The notes under the pieces were generated by a model. It did not search any database and was not told the DNA's origin. It was given only the letters and a program-made list of their open reading frames with translations. A program made the position numbers and the translations under genes. Shown piece after piece: positions 32,086 to 41,116 of a stretch of 64,000 bases of DNA (its first letter is position 1; each line of letters opens with the position of its first letter). The DNA comes from a phage, in the sequence record PZ019084.1. One strand, written 5' to 3'.

Positions 32086-32880
32086 ATGGCAATTGTAGGT
32101 GTTCCTGGCTGGATTGGTGAATCTGCCGTGAATGAAACTGGACAACGTTGGATGGATGCTGCAATGAAAGCAGTTCGTGTTTCAGTTCCTGGCTGGATGA
32201 GCTCAATGGCTGGGCAATCTAAAGAAGTATATTACAGTATTGGTGCTAGCAATTCTTATAATAAAGACACACTAATAAATTATCTCAAATCTCAAGGTAG
32301 TACTCCTGTTGTTGTTACTATTACTGGTAACTTAGTTTCTTCATCTGCAAGGCAACCTTGCTTAGATTTTCCTAGCTCATTAACTAATGCTTATGTAACG
32401 CTTATTATAAATGGCGGTGTAACAGTATACGGTCGCGGAGGACGCGGCGCGCAAGCGGGAAACCAGGCGGGTGAAGCTGGTGGTACTGCAATTAACAATG
32501 GTATAGGTACTCGTCTACGAATCACTAACAATGGAGCAATCGCCGGCGGCGGAGGTGGTGGTGGCGCCCAATCAACTGATAATGGGTGGGGAGGTAAATA
32601 TGTTTCTGGCGGGGGCGGCGGACGTCCTTTCGGAGCTGGTGGTAATAATGGAGCAAAAGCTCCGGGTGCATCAGCATCTTTAACATCTCCAGGCGCAGGC
32701 GGAAAAATGTATTCCGGCGTTGGATACTACGGCGGTGACGGTGGTAATGTTGGTGAACGAGGTAAGGATGCGGTTAGATTGAACGGCTATTCGAACTCAC
32801 CTGGCGCAGCAGGTAAAGCTGTTACTGGTAACGCACCAACTTGGACTAAAGTTGGTACAATATATGGTTCAAGAGTATAA
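32086..32880 (+). CDS. 38: gp38 receptor-binding adhesin, T2 type with glycine-rich motifs
   Basis: 264 aa with several poly-Gly blocks (GGGGGGGAQS, GGGGGRPFGAGG, GGDGGN) separating variable segments. T4 gp38 is a 183-aa chaperone instead. Confidence 0.8.
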   Translation: MAIVGVPGWIGESAVNETGQRWMDAAMKAVRVSVPGWMSSMAGQSKEVYYSIGASNSYNKDTLINYLKSQGSTPVVVTITGNLVSSSARQPCLDFPSSLTNAYVTLIINGGVTVYGRGGRGAQAGNQAGEAGGTAINNGIGTRLRITNNGAIAGGGGGGGAQSTDNGWGGKYVSGGGGGRPFGAGGNNGAKAPGASASLTSPGAGGKMYSGVGYYGGDGGNVGERGKDAVRLNGYSNSPGAAGKAVTGNAPTWTKVGTIYGSRV

Positions 32881-32911
32881 TTTTGAATAAATATCCTTAA
32901 AAGGAGGGTCT

Positions 32912-33568
32912 ATGGCAGCACCTAGAATATCATTTTCGCCCTCTGATATTCTGTTGGGTGTTCTAGATCGCTTATTCAAAGATAACGCTACCGGGAAGGT
33001 TCTTGCTTCCCGAGTAGCTGTCGTAATTCTTTTATTTATGATGGCGATTGTTTGGTATAGGGGAGATAGTTTCTTTGAGTACTATAAGCAATCAAAGTAT
33101 GAAACATACAGTGAAATTATTGAAAAGGAAAGAAACGCACGCTTTGAATCTGTCGCCCTGGAACAACTCCAGATAGTTCACATATCATCTGAGGCAGACT
33201 TTAGTGCGGTGTATTCTTTCCGCCCTAAAAACTTAAACTATTTTGTTGATATTATAGCATATGAAGGAAAATTACCTTCAACAATAAGTGAAAAATCACT
33301 TGGAGGATATCCTGTTGATAAAACTATGGATGAATATACAGTTCATTTAAATGGACGTCATTATTATTCCAACTCAAAATTTGCTTTTTTACCAACTAAA
33401 AAGCCTACTCCCGAAATAAATTACATGTACAGTTGTCCATATTTTAATTTGGATAACATCTATGCTGGAACAATAACCATGTACTGGTATAGAAATGATC
33501 ATATAAGTAATGACCGCCTTGAATCAATATGTTCTCAGGCGGCCAGAATATTAGGAAGGGCTAAATAA
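32912..33568 (+). CDS. t: holin T
   Basis: 218 aa; MAAPRISFSPSDILLGVLDRLFKDN... with a single transmembrane segment, matching T4 T. Confidence 0.9.
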   Translation: MAAPRISFSPSDILLGVLDRLFKDNATGKVLASRVAVVILLFMMAIVWYRGDSFFEYYKQSKYETYSEIIEKERNARFESVALEQLQIVHISSEADFSAVYSFRPKNLNYFVDIIAYEGKLPSTISEKSLGGYPVDKTMDEYTVHLNGRHYYSNSKFAFLPTKKPTPEINYMYSCPYFNLDNIYAGTITMYWYRNDHISNDRLESICSQAARILGRAK

Positions 33569-33841
33569 TTATTTGTTCGTATACATCTCTAGATATCGAT
33601 ATACACTCTCAAAACCCTCGTTGAATTCGTCGATGAGGGTTTTCTTATCTTCTTGGGTTAATTCAGAAACAATTTTACGGAATGAATTCTGATTTAATTT
33701 TTTACCTTCATGCGTTACTCCAATCTCATTCAGAAATGCAATAAAATTAGCACGATTCTCAACAATATCTTCTCTGGAAAATTTAATCAAAATAGACGCA
33801 ACAGTAATAATTTCACGAACTGTATCAATGTTTTTATTCAT
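33569..33841 (-). CDS. asiA: AsiA anti-sigma70 factor
   Basis: 90 aa; MNKNIDTVREIITVASILIKFSREDIVENRANFIAFLNEIGVTHEGKKL... matches T4 AsiA. Confidence 0.9.
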   Translation of the reverse strand: MNKNIDTVREIITVASILIKFSREDIVENRANFIAFLNEIGVTHEGKKLNQNSFRKIVSELTQEDKKTLIDEFNEGFESVYRYLEMYTNK

Positions 33842-33853
33842 TAACTATACCAC

Positions 33854-34006
33854 TCAATTAGTTGACTTTATTATAATATCATCAGACACTTGATTTGTAA
33901 ACTGGTCTGTGTTATTTTCTTCAAAAATTTTTTCTACGAATTCCTTGAACGATTCACGTTCCTGAGCTACATTATGCTCGATTACCTTTTCAAGATTATG
34001 ACTCAT
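33854..34006 (-). CDS. small hypothetical ORF (50 aa) overlapping the asiA promoter
   Basis: ATGA overlap with the arn stop; uncertain because it spans the asiA early promoter. Confidence 0.3.
   Translation of the reverse strand: MSHNLEKVIEHNVAQERESFKEFVEKIFEENNTDQFTNQVSDDIIIKSTN
33873..33902 (-). promoter_or_regulatory. T4-type early promoter for asiA (GTTTAC-N18-TATTAT)
   Basis: Minus-strand motif match upstream of asiA. Confidence 0.55.
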
Positions 34007-34281
34007 TCGAAATAATCTTCAATTTCGTAATCATGGACATAAATCATTATAGTTTTTAATACATCATCAATACTTTTTCCTGGAGCTGGAATTACGTAAA
34101 AATATCCCGCCTTTAAGTTATCTTTATAAGTTCCAACCAAGAAATCATTATTCTCGAGATGTAGTTCTTCAACTAATTCATTAACAATTGAGTGGTATAA
34201 ATTTGGTAGAAACTTATATAGCTTTTCTAGAATATCAATTTTGATTGTATATTGAACCACAGATTGAGAATCAATAATCAT
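34003..34281 (-). CDS. arn: Arn anti-restriction protein (McrBC inhibitor)
   Basis: 92 aa, same as T4 Arn; acidic, in the conserved position after asiA. Confidence 0.7.
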   Translation of the reverse strand: MIIDSQSVVQYTIKIDILEKLYKFLPNLYHSIVNELVEELHLENNDFLVGTYKDNLKAGYFYVIPAPGKSIDDVLKTIMIYVHDYEIEDYFE

Positions 34282-34364
34282 AGACCTTCCCCTTATGTTT
34301 CTGTTTGCGATTAGATTCTTTAAACGCTTTCTTCTTATCCTTATGGACAGAAGCTTTATTAAAA

Positions 34365-34583
34365 TTATGTTTTGCGACTAAATTGTTCATAGTGCTGAAT
34401 TACCTCTCTCAAACATTTGCATGTGAATAAAAACTTTTTAGCTACACCACATTCAAATATATGTTCTCTTAAATCACGTGTGTCAGTATATCCCATCTCA
34501 ACAATAAAATGCCGTATTAGATTTTTATCTTTATCATTGAGAGAGTTAAAATAATCGGATTTTGAATTAATTTCCCTGGCCAA
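34365..34583 (-). CDS. hypothetical early protein (arn.x)
   Basis: 72-aa ORF with a CxxC..C..H-like motif. Confidence 0.45.
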   Translation of the reverse strand: MAREINSKSDYFNSLNDKDKNLIRHFIVEMGYTDTRDLREHIFECGVAKKFLFTCKCLREVIQHYEQFSRKT

Positions 34584-34863
34584 ATTGAATCACCTTCAGT
34601 TGACGTTTTAGTTCTTTTATCATCTCTTCGTTCATCGCAATATAAAGATCGCGTAAAGCAGGCTTTAGCATTCCATTTATTGGGGAACTAAATGGACATA
34701 CATAATCTTTTCCTACGAGCTTTTTAGTGAATTCCATATTACAGAACTGAAATGCCGGTTCATTGGCATAAATTCCCCATTTGGTTGACATCATTTTATT
34801 GGCATATTCCAATGCCTGGATTTGATTCATAATTCCATCAATTTGAAACTTTTTAATATTCAT
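34567..34863 (-). CDS. hypothetical early protein (arn.x)
   Basis: 98-aa ORF. Confidence 0.45.
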   Translation of the reverse strand: MNIKKFQIDGIMNQIQALEYANKMMSTKWGIYANEPAFQFCNMEFTKKLVGKDYVCPFSSPINGMLKPALRDLYIAMNEEMIKELKRQLKVIQFGQGN

Positions 34864-35324
34864 TAGTAAAGGTCCTCAGAGTAAAGTTCTTTTTCACTAC
34901 CACCACGTTCAATACGTACTTGTCCAGCGTAAGTTGCAATAATCATTGCTTCTTCACGTGTCCAATAATTACTATATTGGTCAATAAACCCTTGGTCATC
35001 ATCACAAACTTGGTGAGTAACTAATTGAGGTTTAACTACATCTAAAACTTCGGCCATATCTTTAGAATAATGACGAGCACCTGGAATAACAAGAGTTCGT
35101 CCATCTTTTAATTTAAAACGATTGGCTGCGCAAACAATTCGTCGTTGATACTTTTGGTTTTCATCCCAATACGCAGACTGCCAGCAGATTTCAGGAACTT
35201 CTTTTAAAATATCTTCTTCTGTGCATTTATAGCCATGCGCTTTAAATTTTTCAACAAGACTTTCTGGAGTTTCACGGGATAAAGGAACATTCAGCATTTT
35301 TAAACGATTAATAAATGGGTTCAT
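34863..35324 (-). CDS. hypothetical early protein (arn.x)
   Basis: 153-aa ORF with ATGA-type coupling to neighbours. Confidence 0.5.
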   Translation of the reverse strand: MNPFINRLKMLNVPLSRETPESLVEKFKAHGYKCTEEDILKEVPEICWQSAYWDENQKYQRRIVCAANRFKLKDGRTLVIPGARHYSKDMAEVLDVVKPQLVTHQVCDDDQGFIDQYSNYWTREEAMIIATYAGQVRIERGGSEKELYSEDLY

Positions 35325-35650
35325 TTAAACCATCCTTTAATACGCTGCCACAAAGTTTTCTGTTGAGCTTTGTTTACGCCAATTGAGCGAATAACTGGTT
35401 GAGATTCCTGGAATTCTTTATAATCAGCAAGGTAAATTTCATAAGCTGCATCTGTAAATGAACTTATCGCTGACATAAAATTATTGCGAATACCTACTGG
35501 AGCATCTTTACTTTCACGAATAATCATGTATTTACCAGTTTTAATCTTTACGATAGTTCCAAGATAAGCTCCGTGGTACCAGATATCCCACCCCTCTTGA
35601 GTGGGTTCTGCACAACGACGAAGTTCATTGATAATTTCTAACTTGTTCAT
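35321..35650 (-). CDS. hypothetical early protein (motA.1-like)
   Basis: 109-aa ORF. Confidence 0.5.
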   Translation of the reverse strand: MNKLEIINELRRCAEPTQEGWDIWYHGAYLGTIVKIKTGKYMIIRESKDAPVGIRNNFMSAISSFTDAAYEIYLADYKEFQESQPVIRSIGVNKAQQKTLWQRIKGWFK

Positions 35651-35660
35651 TATTTATTCC

Positions 35661-36296
35661 TCACAGTTTAGATGCTACGGTGATTACTGCTTCAATGTTT
35701 TCTGCCGAGCGTTTAATGTCAAGATACACATTACCGTTTTTAGCGATTTTACATGACATTCCGATATCAGTAAATTTCTGAATATGATGTTCCATCATTT
35801 TGTATCCAAAAATTCGCATATTTCCATTGTTGTTAATTTCAAAATTACGAATTCCGTGAGTGCGTTTTTCTAAAATAGCGAGATAGTTACTGCGATAAGT
35901 TTCAACCTTTTTAAGAACAAATCCATTTTCATCTAAAAGTTTTAACATGAAGTCTTTATCTTCTTCCATATCGGAAGTAATCTCACGAGCTTTACGAGTT
36001 GCTCGTTTTTTCAGCAGTTCAGGAGCATTTTCCTGTGCGTATAAAGTTGCTGCATTTGAAATAATATCCTGAGCTTCACCTGTAATGATTAATCCATCAC
36101 CAGATTTCTCCACCAGGCCTTTTTTAATCAATACCCCAATATTACTATTAACTACTGCATTACCTAAATCTGGATGCACCTCACGAACTTCTGCAGCTGT
36201 AATGAAATCTTTCTTAGCAATGGTAATTAAAATCGCAGCAGTTTTTTCATTCAGAACATCGTTAGAAGCTTTGATGATGTAAGTTACTTTAGACAT
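35661..36296 (-). CDS. motA: MotA middle-transcription activator
   Basis: 211 aa, same as T4 MotA; sequence recognised. Confidence 0.9.
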   Translation of the reverse strand: MSKVTYIIKASNDVLNEKTAAILITIAKKDFITAAEVREVHPDLGNAVVNSNIGVLIKKGLVEKSGDGLIITGEAQDIISNAATLYAQENAPELLKKRATRKAREITSDMEEDKDFMLKLLDENGFVLKKVETYRSNYLAILEKRTHGIRNFEINNNGNMRIFGYKMMEHHIQKFTDIGMSCKIAKNGNVYLDIKRSAENIEAVITVASKL

Positions 36297-36337
36297 TTTC
36301 TAATCTCCGTAATTCTGTATCAGTAGTTGATAGTTGT

Positions 36338-36367
36338 ATAGTACCATAGTATGCTTTGGTTGTAAAC
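36338..36367 (-). promoter_or_regulatory. T4-type early promoter for motA (GTTTAC-N18-TACTAT)
   Basis: Minus-strand motif match plus the conserved leader AACTATCAACTACTGATA. Confidence 0.6.
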
Positions 36368-36390
36368 CGTTTTGTGAAAAAATTTTTGAA

Positions 36391-36418
36391 ATAAAAAAGG
36401 GAGAGCCGAGGCTCTCCC
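36391..36418 (-). terminator. rho-independent terminator
   Basis: GGGAGAGCC-GAG-GCUCUCCC hairpin followed on the minus strand by a U-run. Confidence 0.65.
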
Positions 36419-36423
36419 TAAAA

Positions 36424-36573
36424 TTACTGCATGACTGTGATAACTGTCATGATAACACGTTGAATTCCGAACGCAAGAAGACCTCCTGCTACGGCAGGAA
36501 CAACACCTAAACCCGCCAGTAAAATGCCACCAGATACTAATGCAGCGCTTGTAATACCTATGAATGGACTCAT
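36424..36573 (-). CDS. small hydrophobic membrane peptide (49 aa)
   Basis: ATGA overlap with the gene 52 stop; glycine/alanine-rich transmembrane-like sequence. Below the ORF-track size cutoff, translated by hand. Confidence 0.4.
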   Translation of the reverse strand: MSPFIGITSAALVSGGILLAGLGVVPAVAGGLLAFGIQRVIMTVITVMQ

Positions 36574-37898
36574 TTGATTTCCTCTAAATCTTTGGTGTAT
36601 TCTGTAACTACATCAGTAGTTTTCCAATATTCGTTTTCTTCTTTCTTAGCTTTAGCTTCTTCAGCAAGTTTCTTTGCTTCGTCGGAAGTCATATGAAAAA
36701 TATTCATTCCAACTAGTTTATCAACATAAGAAGAATACATATCAATTTTAGAAAGTTCTTCGGTCAGTTCTTTGCGAGTTTTACCTTGCACAACAATTTC
36801 ACCTGAAATTACTTTCTTAATGAAATGTGCCTTGGCAAAGGCTAAACGAAATGCTGATTCAGTTTCTTTGATTTTGTTATCAATTCGTTTTTGGACATAA
36901 GTTTTACGAACTTCAACGAAGTCTTTAATTAAATCAACTACGTTATCGTAAACTTGTAGTTTTCCTTTCTCATTAATAACGGTAATATTCTGGGAACGAC
37001 GCTCAATCAACCCGAAGTCTTTCATGATTTTTGCATGGCGTTCTTCTTCGTTATCACTCAAAGAGTATTCTTTGCGGAATTTAACTTTAAAGCCAAAACC
37101 ATGCTCACCACAAGCATCATCCCATGTAATGAAGCCTTTATCTTCAAGCGGGTCTAAGATTTTACTCACATAAGTTTCACGATCATACTTATACGGAATC
37201 TCAGTGATATTCATTTGAGTTCGTGAAGTAAACTTGTACGTTCCACGAATTTCATATTGACCGTCAATTTCAACGACTTCACCGCGAAATTCTGGGAATT
37301 CTACCTTCGGTTTAGTTACTTTCTTTCCTTGAAGAGCTTGTAGTACAGCTTTCTTGACAGAAGAAACACTATGAGGAAGAATGTAAGTTGCATAACCAGT
37401 TGCAATACCGGAAACACCATTAAGAAGAACGGTAGGAATAATAGGCAAATAGAAAGCAGGCGGAATGTGTTCTTTATCTTGATGTACCGGAGCATATTCA
37501 GTATCTTTATATACGTTATAGAAATTTTTACTTACACGAGCAAAAATATAACGACTTGCCGCTGCTTTTTGAACAGTACGAGAACCAAAGTTTCCTTGAC
37601 CATCTAACAAAGGAAAGTTATTATTCCAAGTATTAGCCATCAAAGCCCCCGCGTCTTGCGCAGAGTTTTCGCCATGATGATATCCAAGGTCCGCTACACC
37701 GCCTGCAATAGAAGCGAGTTTGTGAAACTTATCTTTATTTCCTCGTGCCAAATCAAGAGCTCGAGCAATAACAAATCGTTGAACTGGCTTAAATCCATCA
37801 ATCATATTTGGAATAGCACGATTTTCAACCGTGTACATAGCATAAGCCAGTGCTTCATTATCAATGATACTTTTTAAATCGCGATTGTTCAGTTGCAT
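36570..37898 (-). CDS. 52: gp52 topoisomerase II medium subunit (GyrA-like)
   Basis: 442 aa, same as T4 gp52; GyrA-type cleavage/religation region. Confidence 0.9.
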   Translation of the reverse strand: MQLNNRDLKSIIDNEALAYAMYTVENRAIPNMIDGFKPVQRFVIARALDLARGNKDKFHKLASIAGGVADLGYHHGENSAQDAGALMANTWNNNFPLLDGQGNFGSRTVQKAAASRYIFARVSKNFYNVYKDTEYAPVHQDKEHIPPAFYLPIIPTVLLNGVSGIATGYATYILPHSVSSVKKAVLQALQGKKVTKPKVEFPEFRGEVVEIDGQYEIRGTYKFTSRTQMNITEIPYKYDRETYVSKILDPLEDKGFITWDDACGEHGFGFKVKFRKEYSLSDNEEERHAKIMKDFGLIERRSQNITVINEKGKLQVYDNVVDLIKDFVEVRKTYVQKRIDNKIKETESAFRLAFAKAHFIKKVISGEIVVQGKTRKELTEELSKIDMYSSYVDKLVGMNIFHMTSDEAKKLAEEAKAKKEENEYWKTTDVVTEYTKDLEEIK

Positions 37899-38035
37899 AA
37901 ATTTACCATACTAGTGAATGTAGTGCCATAATAACATCAGAAATGAAAAGCACGACTTGAATTAATCCGAACATTACTCCATAATATAGTGCTATCAATA
38001 AAATAGCAAGGGCTAATGAATAGCCCAAGATTTTC

Positions 38036-38194
38036 TTAATCATTAGTAGATAACAACACAAATGTTAAATATGCACACATACCCTGAGCTAAAGCTTGTG
38101 AAAACACACTGCTAGCATCAATACAGATAGTTAAAACACATGCTACTATCCAACAAATAAATGAAATAACTCCTAATAGTTTCGCAATATTCAT
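38036..38194 (-). CDS. ac: Ac-like small membrane protein (acriflavine sensitivity)
   Basis: Hand-translated 52-aa hydrophobic ORF (MNIAKLLGVISFICWIVACVLTICIDASS...) between 52 and stp, matching T4 ac position and approximate size (51 aa). Confidence 0.55.
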   Translation of the reverse strand: MNIAKLLGVISFICWIVACVLTICIDASSVFSQALAQGMCAYLTFVLLSTND

Positions 38195-38201
38195 ATTTTC
38201 C

Positions 38202-38282
38202 TCACTGGCGTCCGAAGACGCCTTTAGTTTTAAGATTGTTACGATAGAACTGCATCACATGTTCGTTATGGAAATTGCTCAT
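38202..38282 (-). CDS. stp: Stp peptide (suppressor of three-prime phosphatase; activates the PrrC anticodon nuclease)
   Basis: Hand translation gives [26 protein letters not shown] (26 aa), which I recognise as T4 Stp; its ATG overlaps the ndd stop (TAATG). Confidence 0.85.
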
Positions 38283-38740
38283 TAATATGCCTGCAAAACA
38301 AATTTAAAATTATCAGCCAACATACGGTTCATTTCTTCAAGTGTTTGATACTCAGAATGATGATTACGAGTAAACGCTAAAGCTAACTGACCTTTTCCAA
38401 ATCCAGTCGTCAGAGGTTTCATCTTAGAAGCAGGTAGATAAAATACCGTGTATGGAACATTGTTATTTGCAATAGTACGCGCAAGCTGAGATCGACATTG
38501 GCGAATATGACTTAGAACTGCACTGAATCCTTGCTTAGAGCGCTGATTACCTACATAAAATCGTGCAGACACACATGGATTACTAAATAGACGACCATCT
38601 AATTTACTTACTAAAAAGTAAAATCCAGGTTTAGATAAAATATCTTTATGTGGAACTCCCAAAAACCATTCACCGTTCTTGATTGTACCAATAACAGTTG
38701 CGCCTGCATTGTTCAAATCAGTAACAGTCATATATTTCAT
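38282..38740 (-). CDS. ndd: Ndd nucleoid-disruption protein
   Basis: About 152 aa from [18 protein letters not shown], preceded by a GAGGAA Shine-Dalgarno; matches T4 Ndd. The ORF track adds 16 codons upstream. Confidence 0.8.
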
Positions 38741-38800
38741 TTTAATTTCCTCTAAATTATTTTCTACTCCAAGGCCGCATGAATACACACGGCCGATAAA

Positions 38801-39016
38801 TTAATCGTCGCAGTCGACGCTCAATTCCCAGAACTCTTCTACGGTATAAGTTTCAGTATCATTTTCAATACAGAAACGTTCATTGCTGTTATTTGCTAAA
38901 GTAGCATTAACTGTCATTTTCTCGCTAGTGCTCTTAAGAGGTGAAATACGAATTAACTGATCACCATTATCTAAGCAAAAAATTTCACCAACTTTTACAT
39001 CTTTAAAGATTTTCAT
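38801..39016 (-). CDS. hypothetical protein (ndd.x)
   Basis: 71-aa ORF. Confidence 0.45.
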   Translation of the reverse strand: MKIFKDVKVGEIFCLDNGDQLIRISPLKSTSEKMTVNATLANNSNERFCIENDTETYTVEEFWELSVDCDD

Positions 39017-39131
39017 AATTCACCTCAAGGAGTATAAAATCCGAATGCAGTTGTTGACCATCCCATCCAATATGGGAAATTTGCACCAATGTAAAACATA
39101 AGAATATAAAACCAAATGCTTAGTAAATTCA

Positions 39132-39350
39132 TTATTTTACACCATTCCAAATTGTTTCAACCACAGATTTTAAGCCATTTTGGTGAATATCCATTCCGAC
39201 AACTGCCATCAAATAGATTCCAACTACAACTGAACCTAAGGCAAAAATCAGCATGAAAATGAATAAAGCTGGAAAAATATTATCGAAAAACCATTCAATA
39301 AATGTAAAAGCACTGCGTTTACGCTTCATATTTTCCTCACATAAATCCAA
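39132..39350 (-). CDS. small membrane protein (ndd.x)
   Basis: 72 aa with a long hydrophobic segment. Confidence 0.45.
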   Translation of the reverse strand: MDLCEENMKRKRSAFTFIEWFFDNIFPALFIFMLIFALGSVVVGIYLMAVVGMDIHQNGLKSVVETIWNGVK

Positions 39351-39450
39351 AGTAAGCGTTTAATACATCAATCATTAAAACGATTGGGAATATACTCAAA
39401 ACTACTAGTATTATAACTACATTCCATATAGCTTTAACAATCTTTTTCAT
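39337..39450 (-). CDS. small membrane peptide (37 aa)
   Basis: Internal start MKKIVKAIWNVVIILVV... preceded by GGAGG; the longer ORF-track version overlaps the promoter at 39479..39508. Confidence 0.4.
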   Translation of the reverse strand: MKKIVKAIWNVVIILVVLSIFPIVLMIDVLNAYFGFM

Positions 39451-39478
39451 TTTCTGTTCCTCCGTAGTTGATAGGGTA

Positions 39479-39508
39479 ATAATACCACAGAGGAACAGTC
39501 TTGTAAAC
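39479..39508 (-). promoter_or_regulatory. T4-type early promoter (GTTTAC-N18-TATTAT)
   Basis: Minus-strand motif match. Confidence 0.5.
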
Positions 39509-39693
39509 AACTTTTTTAAAAATATTCGTAATAAATGTGAATACCAACTACTACCGCTGAAACTTGTGCAACCCACCACGCACAAGCAATAAGTACAGAA
39601 TTCAAAATTTTCATAATAACCTCATCACAAAAGTAAATACTAAACAAATCAATGGAATACTAATTAACCAAACAAAACACCACCACAACGAAC

Positions 39694-39966
39694 TCATAGT
39701 TCAATCTCAGCGATTTTCATTTCATTACTATTAATAGCCGCTTTAAGACTATCTGAAAGAATTACATTCCAGTGGTCATTCATATGACCATTAACTAAAC
39801 GTGTAATTTCTTCGGGAGTTGAAAAATAAGGCGTATCAGACTCCCAGTGCGATAACCCTAAGCGAGTATAAATCATACCTTCATCATCGCTAGAATATTC
39901 AACTGACACAAACTCATCAGTTATTTTATGTTTAGCGTAATAAAATTTAAATTTCATTTTACTCAA
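39694..39966 (-). CDS. hypothetical protein (ndd.x)
   Basis: 90-aa ORF. Confidence 0.5.
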   Translation of the reverse strand: MSKMKFKFYYAKHKITDEFVSVEYSSDDEGMIYTRLGLSHWESDTPYFSTPEEITRLVNGHMNDHWNVILSDSLKAAINSNEMKIAEIEL

Positions 39967-40169
39967 TAATCCGCTAAAAGATCGACGATTGCATCACGAA
40001 GACACTTATTCGCAATACGCTTAAGAGCAATTTCAGTTTCTGGAGCATTTTGAATAATCATTGAATTCAATTCAGCCTCAGCAAACTGAAGTTCTTTAAC
40101 TAATTCAGCTTTATATTTTCCTTGCCCTTTCTTAGCTTTTGCTCGTTTTAATTCAGCTGTAGTAAACAT
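39963..40169 (-). CDS. hypothetical lysine-rich protein (68 aa)
   Basis: Start moved to the internal Met (MFTTAELKRAKAKK) preceded by GGAG, because the ORF-track N-terminus covers the promoter at 40204..40233. Confidence 0.45.
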   Translation of the reverse strand: MFTTAELKRAKAKKGQGKYKAELVKELQFAEAELNSMIIQNAPETEIALKRIANKCLRDAIVDLLADY

Positions 40170-40203
40170 TTTATTCTCCAAATCCGTATCAGTTGATAGT
40201 TGT

Positions 40204-40233
40204 ATAGTACCACAGTCCTTGTGGTATGTAAAC
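40204..40233 (-). promoter_or_regulatory. T4-type early promoter (GTTTAC-N18-TACTAT)
   Basis: Minus-strand motif match with the conserved leader. Confidence 0.55.
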
Positions 40234-40249
40234 TGTTTTGTGAAAATTT

Positions 40250-40807
40250 TTAAATGGAAAGATACCATCCGTTGTAGTTGCTTTTTCTTACAACCTTACG
40301 AAGGTCTTCTCTATCACCGATGAACTTCGGAGTGTACTGGATGACACCTGGATGAATTTCTTTAGTGTTGAATATAATTATACAGTCAGCGACCTGATGA
40401 TTCAGAATGGGCCCTAGATTTATTCCAGAACCGTATGGATACTCTCCGCTGCATCCGGTTGTTACCGAAATCCAGCGTGAGTCAGTTTGGTGTGTTTTGA
40501 CTTCTACACGAAGCCCGCAATATCTTGGATGCGCCAATACATCCCATGCGTATGTATACGGGTCATTAACATCCTCTTGGCCTTTGTTAACATACCCGCT
40601 CAGCCAATCTGCTACAAAAAACTCTGCATACACAGCGATACGGCATCTTTCGATGACTTCTGCTTTATCCTGATTAGGATTTTGTTTTAAAGAGTATCTT
40701 GCTGTATCAGCAATTTTGACCTTCATTTCACTAGTCAAGTCATTGTTCGATAGGGTAAATGTCGGAATCTGAAATAGTCTCTGTAAACCCGGATTCGTTT
40801 TCTGCAT
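40250..40807 (-). CDS. denB: endonuclease IV
   Basis: 185 aa, same as T4 DenB, between ndd and rIIB. Confidence 0.75.
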   Translation of the reverse strand: MQKTNPGLQRLFQIPTFTLSNNDLTSEMKVKIADTARYSLKQNPNQDKAEVIERCRIAVYAEFFVADWLSGYVNKGQEDVNDPYTYAWDVLAHPRYCGLRVEVKTHQTDSRWISVTTGCSGEYPYGSGINLGPILNHQVADCIIIFNTKEIHPGVIQYTPKFIGDREDLRKVVRKSNYNGWYLSI

Positions 40808-40863
40808 TAAACTTTCCTTTTACGTCGGAATCACTGATGTTAATATAATAAATCATAGTTTCC

Positions 40864-40890
40864 CTTAAAACAAAAGGGCCGAAGCCCTTT
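40864..40890 (-). terminator. rho-independent terminator
   Basis: AAAGGGC-CGAA-GCCCUUU hairpin followed on the minus strand by a U-run. Confidence 0.55.
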
Positions 40891-40893
40891 ACT

Positions 40894-41088
40894 TTATTTG
40901 AATTGTGCAATTCTTTTCTCTAAACAATCTGCGTAAGATTTCATTGAGATAAACTGCGAAAGCAGTAATTCTTGCTCAACTGCATTAACCGTTGAAAACT
41001 TTTCACTTTCTAAAAATTTGCTCAGTGCATTAATTTTGAGCATTAATTGATCGTATTCTTCTTTTACTCGTGCTTGATAACCTAACAT
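40894..41088 (-). CDS. hypothetical protein (denB.1-like)
   Basis: 64-aa ORF. Confidence 0.45.
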   Translation of the reverse strand: MLGYQARVKEEYDQLMLKINALSKFLESEKFSTVNAVEQELLLSQFISMKSYADCLEKRIAQFK

Positions 41089-41116
41089 AATTTTCCTTAG
41101 TTAAGGGCCGAAGCCC

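Noticed and set aside
39337-39585. Full 82-aa version of this ORF, and the 101-aa version of 39963..40268
   Set aside because: The N-terminal extensions run across early promoter motifs (39479..39508 and 40204..40233); internal Met starts with Shine-Dalgarno sequences are more plausible.
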